Shown piece by piece: positions 19,972 to 29,372 of a stretch of 64,000 nucleotides of DNA. The DNA lies in IMG/VR virus record IMGVR_UViG_3300035696_000002; one strand, given 5' to 3'. The stretch comes from a virus. Lineage: Duplodnaviria; Heunggongvirae; Uroviricota; Caudoviricetes. The notes beneath the pieces are model-generated. The model was not told the DNA's origin, ran no database searches, and saw nothing but the letters and a program-made list of their open reading frames with translations. Position 1 is the first letter of the stretch. Every line of letters begins with the position of its first letter. A program made the translations under genes and the position numbers.

Positions 19972-20317
19972 GGCTGAAGCCAATTCGCTCATACTCCTCG
20001 GACAGGAAATCGCCCCACCGAAACGTCCACAACTGCTTTCGTCGAAATCAGGCCGCATGAAAGTGCGGCTTTCGTTTTTGACTCACTCCCCGAAACACAT
20101 TCGCAACATCCTGCTTCAGGAACAATGCCACACCCAGCCGCCGTACATCGAAGACATCTGCATCCTGATGCCCCGGATGAAAGTCCTCACTTTACTCGAA
20201 ACGTACCTCCCCGCATTCGCCCATTTGCAGAAAATCGGCGTCATCCCAAATGACGCTAAACTACAGAGTTTCAAGATTTTAGACGAGGACGACATCACCC
20301 TCGCATTTTTAGTCTAG
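19964..20317 (+). CDS. Hypothetical protein
   Basis: TTG start overlapping upstream gene, GGAGG SD. Confidence 0.55.
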   Translation: MAKAEANSLILLGQEIAPPKRPQLLSSKSGRMKVRLSFLTHSPKHIRNILLQEQCHTQPPYIEDICILMPRMKVLTLLETYLPAFAHLQKIGVIPNDAKLQSFKILDEDDITLAFLV

Positions 20318-20344
20318 CCAAAACACCCTCGAAACCAGTATACT
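20315..20344 (+). promoter_or_regulatory. Sigma70-like promoter
   Basis: TAGCCA-18 nt-TATACT; same pair recurs at 55452-55481. Confidence 0.55.
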
Positions 20345-20363
20345 GTAGCTGTATACGTCCTAT

Positions 20364-21239
20364 ATGGCTAAGTCTACGAAACGCGATGCCCTCGGCGACC
20401 GGATGAAACGGTACGAGAATGTCACTCGGTTCACCCTCCCCAAACGCACCTACACCATCATGCGAATTGATGGTCGTGCATTCCACACGTGGACGAAGGG
20501 ACTGAAACGCCCTTACGATATTTCACTGATGGACTGCATGAATGCCGCAGCCCTCGCCCTGTGTGAGCAGATTGCGAACACCCGGTTCGCCTACATTCAA
20601 TCCGACGAAATCAGCATCCTTGCAACCGACTTTGAAACGACGCTCACGGAGCCGTGGTTTGACGGCACCATTCAGAAGTTCGCCAGCGTCGGTGCCTCCA
20701 TTGCAACGCAAGCCTTCAACAGTGCAGTCTCCGATCTCAACCTCGCGTATGACGAGTTCATCAATCGCGGACGCGATGGCGTCGCTGCGTTCTTGGAGCG
20801 TGGATGGGTCGGACAAAAGAAGGCCCCGGATGCAACCTTCGACGCACGTGTGTTTGTCATTCCCGATCTGATCGAAGTCGAGAATTATTTCGTCTGGCGG
20901 CAGCAGGACGCGGAGCGAAACTCCGTCACCATGCTGGCTCAGGCGTATGCCTCTGCGAAGGAACTCCACGGCAAGAACCGGGCCGCACAACACGAAATCA
21001 TCTACAAGGCTGGCGACAATTGGGCTAAGCATCCGGCGTCGTTCAAACACGGACGCATTGTTCGCCGTCAGGCAATCGACTACTTGGGGATTCCCCCGGC
21101 GATCCCTGCCGGGCGACAGAGCAACTGGTTTGTGGACGAGGATACCCCCGTGTTCACCAAGAGCCGTTTCTTTCTGCGTACCCTGATTCCACTAATTTGG
21201 GACAACGATCTTCTCGTGCGAAAGGATGACAAACAATGA
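20364..21239 (+). CDS. thg1: tRNA(His) guanylyltransferase Thg1-like 3'-5' polymerase
   Basis: RMKRYE, RIDGRAFHTWT, YIQSDEIS, FDARVF, YFVWRQQDAERNS. Confidence 0.93.
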   Translation: MAKSTKRDALGDRMKRYENVTRFTLPKRTYTIMRIDGRAFHTWTKGLKRPYDISLMDCMNAAALALCEQIANTRFAYIQSDEISILATDFETTLTEPWFDGTIQKFASVGASIATQAFNSAVSDLNLAYDEFINRGRDGVAAFLERGWVGQKKAPDATFDARVFVIPDLIEVENYFVWRQQDAERNSVTMLAQAYASAKELHGKNRAAQHEIIYKAGDNWAKHPASFKHGRIVRRQAIDYLGIPPAIPAGRQSNWFVDEDTPVFTKSRFFLRTLIPLIWDNDLLVRKDDKQ

Positions 21240-21589
21240 GAGTCTTCGGCAACCTGACGAATCGCATCATCGAGACAGTGAAACCCGCGAAGCCGGAAGT
21301 CGGTATGGGGGCCACGATCATCTATTTCTCCGACCGCACCGCCGCGACAATCGTTGAAGTCTCGGAGAACGGCAAGACCATCAAGGTGCAAGCCGATAAG
21401 GCGATCCGCACCGACAGCAACGGGCAGAGCGATTCACAGGATTACCGCTACGAGCGGAACCCGAAGGGTAAGATCGAGACCGCCACGCTCCGCAAGAACG
21501 GCACGTTCGTGATTCAGGGCAAGGCGATGCGGAACGGCACCATCGTTCGCGTTGGGGAACGCGACGAATACTACGACTACAGTTTCTAG
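21236..21589 (+). CDS. Hypothetical phage protein
   Basis: PEVGMGAT..SDR..TIVEV..G.R.EYYDYSF pattern. Confidence 0.65.
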   Translation: MRVFGNLTNRIIETVKPAKPEVGMGATIIYFSDRTAATIVEVSENGKTIKVQADKAIRTDSNGQSDSQDYRYERNPKGKIETATLRKNGTFVIQGKAMRNGTIVRVGERDEYYDYSF

Positions 21590-21597
21590 GAGGAACC

Positions 21598-21918
21598 ATG
21601 TTTCGAGATATCGAAGCAGTTGGCCGCAAGTTCCAGTTTGAAGTGCGGCAGCTTGAGACCGACATCATCGACGAGGGCACCACCATGACGTTCCCGAATT
21701 GGGACATCAAGGGCGTGCGTGAGCGGTTCTACATGGAGAACTACGTCACGGTCTCCGAAGAGGAGTACTTGAAGTCGATTCGCACCCTCGGGGCCGACGT
21801 TGTCGAGTACGGCATCACGGCAACAGATGTCGCCCGGTTCATTAAGGAACATCCCGGTAAATTCGAACCCGTGTCGGAAGATGAACTCATGTACACGGAG
21901 CTAGGAGCAGGGTCATAA
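21598..21918 (+). CDS. Hypothetical protein
   Basis: AGGAGG SD. Confidence 0.65.
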   Translation: MFRDIEAVGRKFQFEVRQLETDIIDEGTTMTFPNWDIKGVRERFYMENYVTVSEEEYLKSIRTLGADVVEYGITATDVARFIKEHPGKFEPVSEDELMYTELGAGS

Positions 21919-21919
21919 C

Positions 21920-23032
21920 ATGCTAAACCTGATGCTGTTGATGATCGTCCCCACGCTGATCGCCCTTTTCTGTCTGTTCTTTTTCAAGGGCAAGATCATG
22001 CTGTGGGAATTTTTCGGCCAGCTTCTTGTGGTCGCCTTGGTGATCTCAGCCGGGTTCTGGATTTCCTATGCCGGGCGAGTCAGCGATACCGAAATCTGGA
22101 ACGGCAAGGTGACGGAACGCAAGCGAGTCGAAGTCTCCTGCGAACACTCGTACAAGTGCAACTGCTCGACTGACAAGGATGGGCACGAGCATTGTTCGAC
22201 CTGCTACGAGCACAACTACGACGTAGACTGGAATGTTTACGCTACGACCGGGGAGAGTCTGGAGATCGAACGCGAAGATCGTCAGGGACTTGTTGAGCCC
22301 AAGCGGTGGGACGCGGTCTACCCCGGCGAACCGTTCTCCTCCATGCACCACTTCGAGAACTACATCCGGGCCAACCCGGATAGTGTACTGCTCGGCACAA
22401 AAGGCGACATGGAACAGTTTGGCAAGCTGGTGCCTGAGTACAACGACAAGGTCTACGATTACTACAAGCACGATCCGGTCATCAACATGGGTGTGCCGAA
22501 CGTGGACATGCAGTCGTGGAACTGGTTGATCCGGGAAGTGAACAAAGAACTCGGCCCGGTGAAGCAGATCAACAACATCGTCATCCTCGTGCCAACGAAC
22601 GATCAGGCGTACATGTTTGCCCTGAAAGACGCATGGCTCGGCGGCAAGAAAAATGACGACGTGGTGGTTATCGGTTCGACGGACGGGCACAGGATCGGCT
22701 TCGCGGACGTAATGACGTGGTCAACCAACAAAGCGTTCGCCATCGACCTGAAACACAAGATCGAAGACATCGGCACGCTGGACAAGAAAGACGACATCCA
22801 GCAAGCCATCTTGACGATCAGCAAGGCTGAGTTCGTGCGAATGCACATGCACGACATGAAGTGGCTCATTCGTTCGTATGAGCCCTCCAATGCGACGCTA
22901 TGGTGGTTGTTTTTCATCGCCGTGATCGTCGAGGCCGGGCTGGCTTTTGCATCAATCAAGGCAGGGTTTACGGAAGAGAATCCGTTTGGACAGGGGCATT
23001 ACGGGCGGATTCGCAATCGGTATCGGTACTAA
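21920..23032 (+). CDS. Membrane protein with Cys-rich periplasmic domain
   Basis: 2 N-terminal TMs, SCEHSYKCNC..CSTCYEH, W.GGKKND, C-terminal TM. Confidence 0.75.
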   Translation: MLNLMLLMIVPTLIALFCLFFFKGKIMLWEFFGQLLVVALVISAGFWISYAGRVSDTEIWNGKVTERKRVEVSCEHSYKCNCSTDKDGHEHCSTCYEHNYDVDWNVYATTGESLEIEREDRQGLVEPKRWDAVYPGEPFSSMHHFENYIRANPDSVLLGTKGDMEQFGKLVPEYNDKVYDYYKHDPVINMGVPNVDMQSWNWLIREVNKELGPVKQINNIVILVPTNDQAYMFALKDAWLGGKKNDDVVVIGSTDGHRIGFADVMTWSTNKAFAIDLKHKIEDIGTLDKKDDIQQAILTISKAEFVRMHMHDMKWLIRSYEPSNATLWWLFFIAVIVEAGLAFASIKAGFTEENPFGQGHYGRIRNRYRY

Positions 23033-23068
23033 GAATTCGTGGTACAATTCAATTCGAGGAGAATGCTT

Positions 23069-23653
23069 ATGAAGGGTTTATTGGTTGGAGTTGGGATCGT
23101 GTTCCTGATCGTGCTGTTCTTGGGTATGGGCTACTTCGGCTTCATCAAGGATGCCAACGCCTACGAAGTCAACATTCCTGCTCAGTACAAAGACATGCAG
23201 AACGTGTTCGACAACGGCACCAAGACGGTCATGGAGAAGTTCGGTATCTCGCAGACCTATGAGAAGCAGGTGCGTGAAGTGGTGCTCGGCGAAATGACCG
23301 GACGCTACGGTGCGAACGGCTCTCAGGCCTTGTTGCAGATGATTAAGGAAGACAACCCGAAGGTCGATCCAGCCCTGTTGCAGGATGTCTCCCGGTACGA
23401 CGAGACCTTCCATGCGACGTTTCAAGCGTCGCAGACCAAGCTGATCGCGTTGAAGCAGAGCTATGGGACGTTCCTCAAGACGACCACGAGCGGCCTGATC
23501 TTCAACACCATCGGCGGCTATCCCCGCATTCACTGCGGCGTGCCGGATGGCTCTCAGGACGACTACCAGATCGTCACGTCCGATTACACGCAGAAGACCT
23601 TCAAAGAGCACAAGGCTGACGCTCTCGACCTTGGTCAGGGCGGGCCGAAATAG
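23069..23653 (+). CDS. LemA-like membrane-anchored helical protein
   Basis: N-terminal TM then amphipathic helices; adjacent to 21920 membrane protein. Confidence 0.6.
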   Translation: MKGLLVGVGIVFLIVLFLGMGYFGFIKDANAYEVNIPAQYKDMQNVFDNGTKTVMEKFGISQTYEKQVREVVLGEMTGRYGANGSQALLQMIKEDNPKVDPALLQDVSRYDETFHATFQASQTKLIALKQSYGTFLKTTTSGLIFNTIGGYPRIHCGVPDGSQDDYQIVTSDYTQKTFKEHKADALDLGQGGPK

Positions 23654-23670
23654 TTCGTCCGACCAATGCA

Positions 23671-23706
23671 GGGCCGGGTGCAGTGTACCACCCGGCCCAA
23701 CTTTTT
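23671..23706 (+). terminator. Intrinsic terminator
   Basis: GGGCCGGGTG/CACCCGGCCC stem followed by AACTTTTT. Confidence 0.7.
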
Positions 23707-23717
23707 CAGGAGACCCA

Positions 23718-24143
23718 ATGTCCACTGCAATAACGCCACAACTCGACGTACCACAGCCGCCGAAGGGGATCAACGGCTTCCTGCTGGTGTTCGTGATCTC
23801 GCTGTTCGGCAGTGCCTTGATCTACATTCTCATGCTCTACACCCTCGGGCTGACCGGGCTCGTGAAGTTTCTGTTTGAGATCGTCCCGGTGCTGGCCGTT
23901 ACGTCGGCGATCCAGATCATCCGCAAAAAGAAAAGCGGGCAGATATGGTCGGCGGTGTTTTTAGGCTACCGCTTCGTCCTCGGCATACTGATGATGCTGG
24001 CGACAATTGGTGCCGTGGGGCCGAATGCGGCTGATGTCCAGATGATTGGCATCCTCTGGTTCCTGTGGGCGTTGGTCTACGGCTTCGTGTGGGGCGTCTA
24101 CCTATTCCGCTCGAAACGAGTGGCAGCAACACTGGTGAACTAA
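23718..24143 (+). CDS. 4-TM membrane protein (DUF2569-like)
   Basis: KGINGFLLV ... WGVYLFRSKRVAATLVN. Confidence 0.7.
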   Translation: MSTAITPQLDVPQPPKGINGFLLVFVISLFGSALIYILMLYTLGLTGLVKFLFEIVPVLAVTSAIQIIRKKKSGQIWSAVFLGYRFVLGILMMLATIGAVGPNAADVQMIGILWFLWALVYGFVWGVYLFRSKRVAATLVN

Positions 24144-24685
24144 TGGTCAAGACTTGGACAAGACGGGCTGGGAATGCGATATTCGCAACGCGATGGGTGC
24201 TGTACCCCATCAACATGGGTCTGGTCGTTGCCCTGTTCCTGTACGTGCTGGCCTTCCTCGTGAACGACTACCGCTTCCTGCGGCACGATTTCACGTGGGA
24301 TATGGAATCGTTCATGGTCATGCTGCTTGGCCTCGTGGACGCCAGCATGGTCGCCAACCTGATCGTCATGGTGGTGCAGGGCGGGCACCAGATTTTCATT
24401 CACAAGTTTGACCTTCTGGACAAGAACGACCGTCCGCAGTGGATCGACCACATTGATTCTGGCATCCTCAAGGTGAAGATCGCTCTGTCCATCGCGGGCA
24501 TCACTCTGATCCAGATTCTCAAAGATTTCGTCAACATTGAGCGGGTTGACTGGACGCTCACAAAACACAGAATCATCATTCACCTTGTTGCCCTCGCTTC
24601 GGCTCTGATGATGGCCTTCATCTGGCGGGTCACGCACCCGGAATGGGCACACACAGGAGAGCAGCAACCACATGCGAACCATTAG
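24143..24685 (+). CDS. yqhA: UPF0114/YqhA family membrane protein
   Basis: IFATRWVLYP..LGLVDASMVANL..IDSGILKVKIALSIAGI..ILKDF. Confidence 0.85.
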   Translation: MVKTWTRRAGNAIFATRWVLYPINMGLVVALFLYVLAFLVNDYRFLRHDFTWDMESFMVMLLGLVDASMVANLIVMVVQGGHQIFIHKFDLLDKNDRPQWIDHIDSGILKVKIALSIAGITLIQILKDFVNIERVDWTLTKHRIIIHLVALASALMMAFIWRVTHPEWAHTGEQQPHANH

Positions 24686-25100
24686 ACTCATTTTCCTGCT
24701 GGCCGGGTTGATGACCCTCGCGTCCTGTGATGGATGCGATACTCGTCACAAAGCGACCATTTACAAAACGAAGCAGCACCACATTGTCATGAAAGACGAT
24801 CAGGGCAAGTGGTACGAATACGTCCTGAACAACGCCGACATCGACTTTGACATCCCGTTCAACCCGCGAGGCGAAATGGTGCTGCCCAAGGGCGGAAGCT
24901 GGCGTCCAGCGACTATTCAGGAAGAGGAAGAAGTCACCGAGGAAGCTGAGGCTACGAACGCTGAGGAAACTACGGTGGACGAGACCGACGCCGGGGCAGT
25001 CGATGGGGCCGGAGACGTGGGCGGAGACTCCGGGGGTGCTGGTGGGGACGCTGGCGACGGCGGGGGTGGTGATGGTGGAGGCGGCGGGGATGGCGACTGA
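24672..25100 (+). CDS. Putative lipoprotein with acidic Gly-rich tail
   Basis: Lipobox LASC; C-terminal GD-rich low complexity. Confidence 0.65.
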   Translation: MRTIRLIFLLAGLMTLASCDGCDTRHKATIYKTKQHHIVMKDDQGKWYEYVLNNADIDFDIPFNPRGEMVLPKGGSWRPATIQEEEEVTEEAEATNAEETTVDETDAGAVDGAGDVGGDSGGAGGDAGDGGGGDGGGGGDGD

Positions 25101-25967
25101 GAAGCCCAAGTTCCCCGCGTTTGATGCCGATCTGGTGCGGGCCATGTTTGCCAACTGGAATCCCTTCCCTGACCGGGCATACTGCGAGAAGGTGGGCTGG
25201 ATCGTGAACTCAGATGGGACGGTGGATACGCCGGGCGGTATCCGCATCCCAACCCGCGAACTCTGCGAAGTGAAAGAACTCGAACAAATGTACGAGGTCG
25301 CCGATCTTGAGGAATTGTACAGTAAGGGGGAGTGATGGGACGTGTGATGAGTTGGGAGGAGGCCAAGAAGATGCCAGTAGCAACTGCTGGACTGTTGTTA
25401 TCGACTGCCAAGAAATTCGCCGAGGTTTTCGGCGTAGAGTTGACTGACGATGTCATCGACGATGCCGCCGAACGTATGCGTGTGACATACCAGTTCGAGT
25501 CTGCGACCACGATCCGCGACGCGAAAGCGATGTTCCACATTGAACAGAATCCGGGCAGTGTTCTCTTCGAGAACTCCCGAACCAAGTTTGTGACGACCAA
25601 CGGCACTGAGTTCTGGCAGTCCATCAAGCAGGTTGGAAAAGACACAACGCTCGGGGATTTCAAGGCGTTCATTGCTACGCTGATCGAGAAGCACGGAGCC
25701 GACAAGGAATTCTACATTGAGTCGGATCACGGCGACGAGTATTTCATTTTGAGAACTCAAACGCTGGAGCGATAATGCCTCCGGCCCGGATACGCGGTAC
25801 CAGACAAGTCGCGGACATCGAAGCTGTACGTCCGCTGGATGGCGATACTAAGGCTGTGGAACTTTTCCGAAAAGAACTGGCCGGGCACTTCACCGAGTGC
25901 ACCAACAATTGCGGCTGGTTCTTCAAGGTAAAATGCCCAAAGTGCTTGCCATCCAGTATTGATATAC

Positions 25968-26480
25968 ATGTCTGAGACTCCGAACGTAAACTTCAAGAAA
26001 ACAGCCGAAGCGGAAACACAATACAGCACCGGAGCCCAACGCGACAGTCGTGTAGGCAAAGGTGCTTTTCACTGGATGCCATGGGACGCCCTGTTCTGCG
26101 TCAGCCGCATCTACGAACTCGGCAACAAGGGCCGCAGTAAGACAGGAGATGGCAACGACCGGAACTGGGAAAACGGTATGCCGCTCATCGACCTGTTGCA
26201 GAGTGCCATCAACCACATTACAGCCCATATCGCGGGCGACCGGAGCGAGCCGCATATTTCGCAGGCGATCTGGAATTTGCTGAACTATATTCAGACCTCG
26301 ATTTGGGTGATTCTCGGCTTCCGCTCAAAAGAGTTGAACAAACTACCGAACCACAGGGCAAATTGGAAGCCCGGCGATCAGCCGCCTTCCCCACTGTCCC
26401 CACAAGAAATCGAATGGTTACAATTCAAAGGGGTCATCCCAAAAAATGAAGAAGCGGCGTCTACAAAAGCGGGTAGCTGA
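25968..26480 (+). CDS. dATP/dGTP diphosphohydrolase domain protein (DUF5664-like)
   Basis: TGAQRD..GKG..MPWDAL..RNWENGM..SAINH..GDRSEPHISQAIWN. Confidence 0.85.
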   Translation: MSETPNVNFKKTAEAETQYSTGAQRDSRVGKGAFHWMPWDALFCVSRIYELGNKGRSKTGDGNDRNWENGMPLIDLLQSAINHITAHIAGDRSEPHISQAIWNLLNYIQTSIWVILGFRSKELNKLPNHRANWKPGDQPPSPLSPQEIEWLQFKGVIPKNEEAASTKAGS

Positions 26481-26684
26481 AATCGGGGAGATGCACGACA
26501 AGCTCACCCACTTGCTGGCCAAGGCCCCCAGTAACTCCGCTCAGTACCACTTTCTTTTCGGGGCTTTTCGTGCGATCCAATGGGTGCTGGGGTTCGATGC
26601 GTATATGGTTGGCCCCAAGTTCGAAGAGTCGATTGAAGACAGTCGAAAGCGTTTCTAACCTATCGGCCTCTTTAGTGAGGCACT

Positions 26685-27584
26685 ATGACGTTCCAGAACC
26701 CCCTGTTAAATGGCAAATTTGCCATTGAAGCTGCATATATCAGCGAGTCCGGCGAGGCCTTTCTCGTCACCGCCGACGCCTACTATCTGACCAAAGTTTC
26801 GAAGAAACCTCCTGAGGAATCCAAGGTCACGAAGCTCATGCTGTCGCATGGCTGGAAGATGACGCAAGGCAACAAAGCATTTTTGATCTTCAAACAGCCC
26901 GGCTACCCGGCTGGCGAGTTGATGGTCGTTCGCGGCACCAAGAAGTGGTTCTGGGATATTGAGGGTGAGCAGGAAGCCATCGCCGAGGGACAGGGCTTGG
27001 ACAGCCTAGCCGCCGCAATCGAGAACGGCACCATCGGCAAGCCCAAGGCTAAGGCCATGCACGCCTCGAACCCCGCCATTAAGAGCAATGCACCCGGCGA
27101 TCATCACGAAGAGATGACGATGGAAGACGCTCTCCCAGAGCACAAGGTTGGGCGTATACCGGGCATCGAGAACATCAAGTCAGACCGTCAATTCCGGGAT
27201 TTCATCCGCGATAAAAAAGAGAAAGAAGCTCGCGAGGTTATGCACGATGACTCTGGAGCCCAGACCGGGCTGCGGATGCGGCCCGATTACGGCGAATCGG
27301 ACTCTTACTCCGTGCAGATGAACGAGGCAAACTCCAAGGGTGCCTGCATCACTATCGAAGGCGGCTTCAAGTCCAAGGGAGCCACGATCAAGACGCCCAT
27401 GTACGTATCCGGGGTCGATTTTGTTCCCGGCGACGCCCTGAAAATTGCGAAATTCGTTTACAGTCCTGATCCGACAAAGGCCCTCCGCCTGCCCCGGCTC
27501 ACCGCCGCTGCCGTCAGTGCCCAGCTAAACGGCCCCGACTTCCGCCTCAAATCCAGCGTAATCAGCACCGTAAAAGCACAGTAG
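26685..27584 (+). CDS. Hypothetical protein (possibly late/virion-associated)
   Basis: 299 aa; SD within an upstream hairpin. Confidence 0.65.
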   Translation: MTFQNPLLNGKFAIEAAYISESGEAFLVTADAYYLTKVSKKPPEESKVTKLMLSHGWKMTQGNKAFLIFKQPGYPAGELMVVRGTKKWFWDIEGEQEAIAEGQGLDSLAAAIENGTIGKPKAKAMHASNPAIKSNAPGDHHEEMTMEDALPEHKVGRIPGIENIKSDRQFRDFIRDKKEKEAREVMHDDSGAQTGLRMRPDYGESDSYSVQMNEANSKGACITIEGGFKSKGATIKTPMYVSGVDFVPGDALKIAKFVYSPDPTKALRLPRLTAAAVSAQLNGPDFRLKSSVISTVKAQ

Positions 27585-27611
27585 ACAAACAGCCCCATTC
27601 CCGCCTATAAT
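27582..27611 (+). promoter_or_regulatory. Sigma70-like promoter
   Basis: TAGACA-18 nt-TATAAT. Confidence 0.65.
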
Positions 27612-27619
27612 ACTGAGGA

Positions 27620-28177
27620 ATGGAGAATTTGTCACAGGCTATTGGTCAAGCCGTAGTCGCCCATCGTGACCAGATGGACACGGATGGTATGCCCCACATT
27701 GTTCACGTGCTGCGGGTAATGCTGGCCGTCGCAAAAGAATTCAAAGCAAACCCGATCCCCGGTTTCACTCTCGAAGAGATGATGATCGCTGCCGTCCTCC
27801 ACGATGTAGTCGAGGATTCGGACATCACCCTTGATGCCCTACAGTGGTCTTATGGTGAGAACGTGCGGGACATCGTTGACGGCCTCTCTCGCCGCAAGCA
27901 CGGCCCCGACAACAAGGAATCCTATCGCGATTTCATCTATCGTGCGAAGAAACATGCCGCAGTCAGATTCATCAAAACTGCCGATCTTCTCGACAATTTG
28001 AATCGGCTGACGCCGGACAAAGCCGGGATGGAAAAGCGGTACTCAATCGCTCTCTCCGTTCTCAACGACGAAGATGAGCCATCGTGGGAAGAGGCTGGAC
28101 GTTTGTTTCGCGACGGCCACATGTACGTTCCCGACCCGGAAGGCAAATTGAAGAAGGTTGTCCCCAACAAGGAGTAG
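27620..28177 (+). CDS. Stand-alone RelA/SpoT-type HD hydrolase (small alarmone hydrolase / Mesh1-like)
   Basis: AHRDQMD..GMPHIVHVLRV, AAVLHDVVED, IKTADLLDNL. Confidence 0.85.
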   Translation: MENLSQAIGQAVVAHRDQMDTDGMPHIVHVLRVMLAVAKEFKANPIPGFTLEEMMIAAVLHDVVEDSDITLDALQWSYGENVRDIVDGLSRRKHGPDNKESYRDFIYRAKKHAAVRFIKTADLLDNLNRLTPDKAGMEKRYSIALSVLNDEDEPSWEEAGRLFRDGHMYVPDPEGKLKKVVPNKE

Positions 28178-28886
28178 TCATGGCGATCAAAGAAGTCAAG
28201 TACACGGCAATCATCATTGAAAGCGAACGCGGTTGGGGCCGCAAGATCGACGAGGTCAAGGAATTCGACACGGAAAAAGAACGCGACGATTTCGTCAAGA
28301 AATTCAACAGCAAAAACCCGCCCGGCCCGGCACCTGACTGGTACATGATCGCCGAAAAGGGCGACGACGTTATCAAGGATGCCGATGCGGAGACGATCCG
28401 CAAGGCAGGGGCCTTGATTCCGAAAGAGGAGTTCCACACTGTTGTGGACACCAAGAAGATTGATCTCATCAACGGGGTGATACCAGATGTCGAAGAGCAA
28501 TGAACGACACGTTGTGTGCATCGTCAAAGCGAACGTGCACGGCAAAGACACCTACAATCTCCTGACCACCGACGCAGTCGAGGGGACGTGGACGATCCGG
28601 GGCTGGAAGACTTCAAAAGAAGCCCTTGAGTATTGGGAGGGTGCCTATCGCCGGGCTCATGCCCGGAGCTACGAAGGCTCCATGTCGGCGTGTCTGAACT
28701 TCATCTCGTTCAATCCCTCGATTCTTGAATTGACCCTCGACGAAATCGCACCACTGATCGCGGGTGATCGTCGTGTGGTGAACCTGTACACAAACTCTGG
28801 CAGCATTGATGCTGTCGTGCTCAACAACAAAGCGGCTGCCTTTTGGGAACGTGGCAGCAAACCAGCATTGATCTGATCGGAGACGA

Positions 28887-29372
28887 ATGTACCGTTTCGT
28901 GGTGGAAGGATTCATCAAAGGGTACGAACGCCGGGGCCTCTTTCCAATCCCGGACGTGCTCAGTCATATTGGCGAGAACACCCCGGTGTTCGAGGGCGAC
29001 ATCGTTCCGGTGGTCTCATTGCGGTACATGGTGTTCAAGCGGTCGCTGGTGTGTGTAAGCTGCGGCCTCGAAGGCCAGTACTTCGCGAAGGAACGTTCGG
29101 CTCGGGCGATTTGGGGCAAGAAAGAACTGAGCGGCAAGTTCCTCGGTTATCGCCCGGCGACACAGTCTTGGCACTTCAACCTGTACGGGATCGACTTCAA
29201 CGGGAATGAAGTGATGCTGACGAAGGATCACATTATCCCCCGCTCGAAGGGCGGCAAAGAAGATTTGGACAACTTGCAGACCATGTGTGCGATCTGCAAC
29301 TGCAAGAAGGCCGATAATCCTGACTGGCAATACCGGATCAATTGGCCCGGAGGGTTTGACATTGGCAAATAG
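28887..29372 (+). CDS. HNH endonuclease
   Basis: CVSCG..TKDHIIPRSKGG..DNLQTMCAICNCKK. Confidence 0.9.
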   Translation: MYRFVVEGFIKGYERRGLFPIPDVLSHIGENTPVFEGDIVPVVSLRYMVFKRSLVCVSCGLEGQYFAKERSARAIWGKKELSGKFLGYRPATQSWHFNLYGIDFNGNEVMLTKDHIIPRSKGGKEDLDNLQTMCAICNCKKADNPDWQYRINWPGGFDIGK

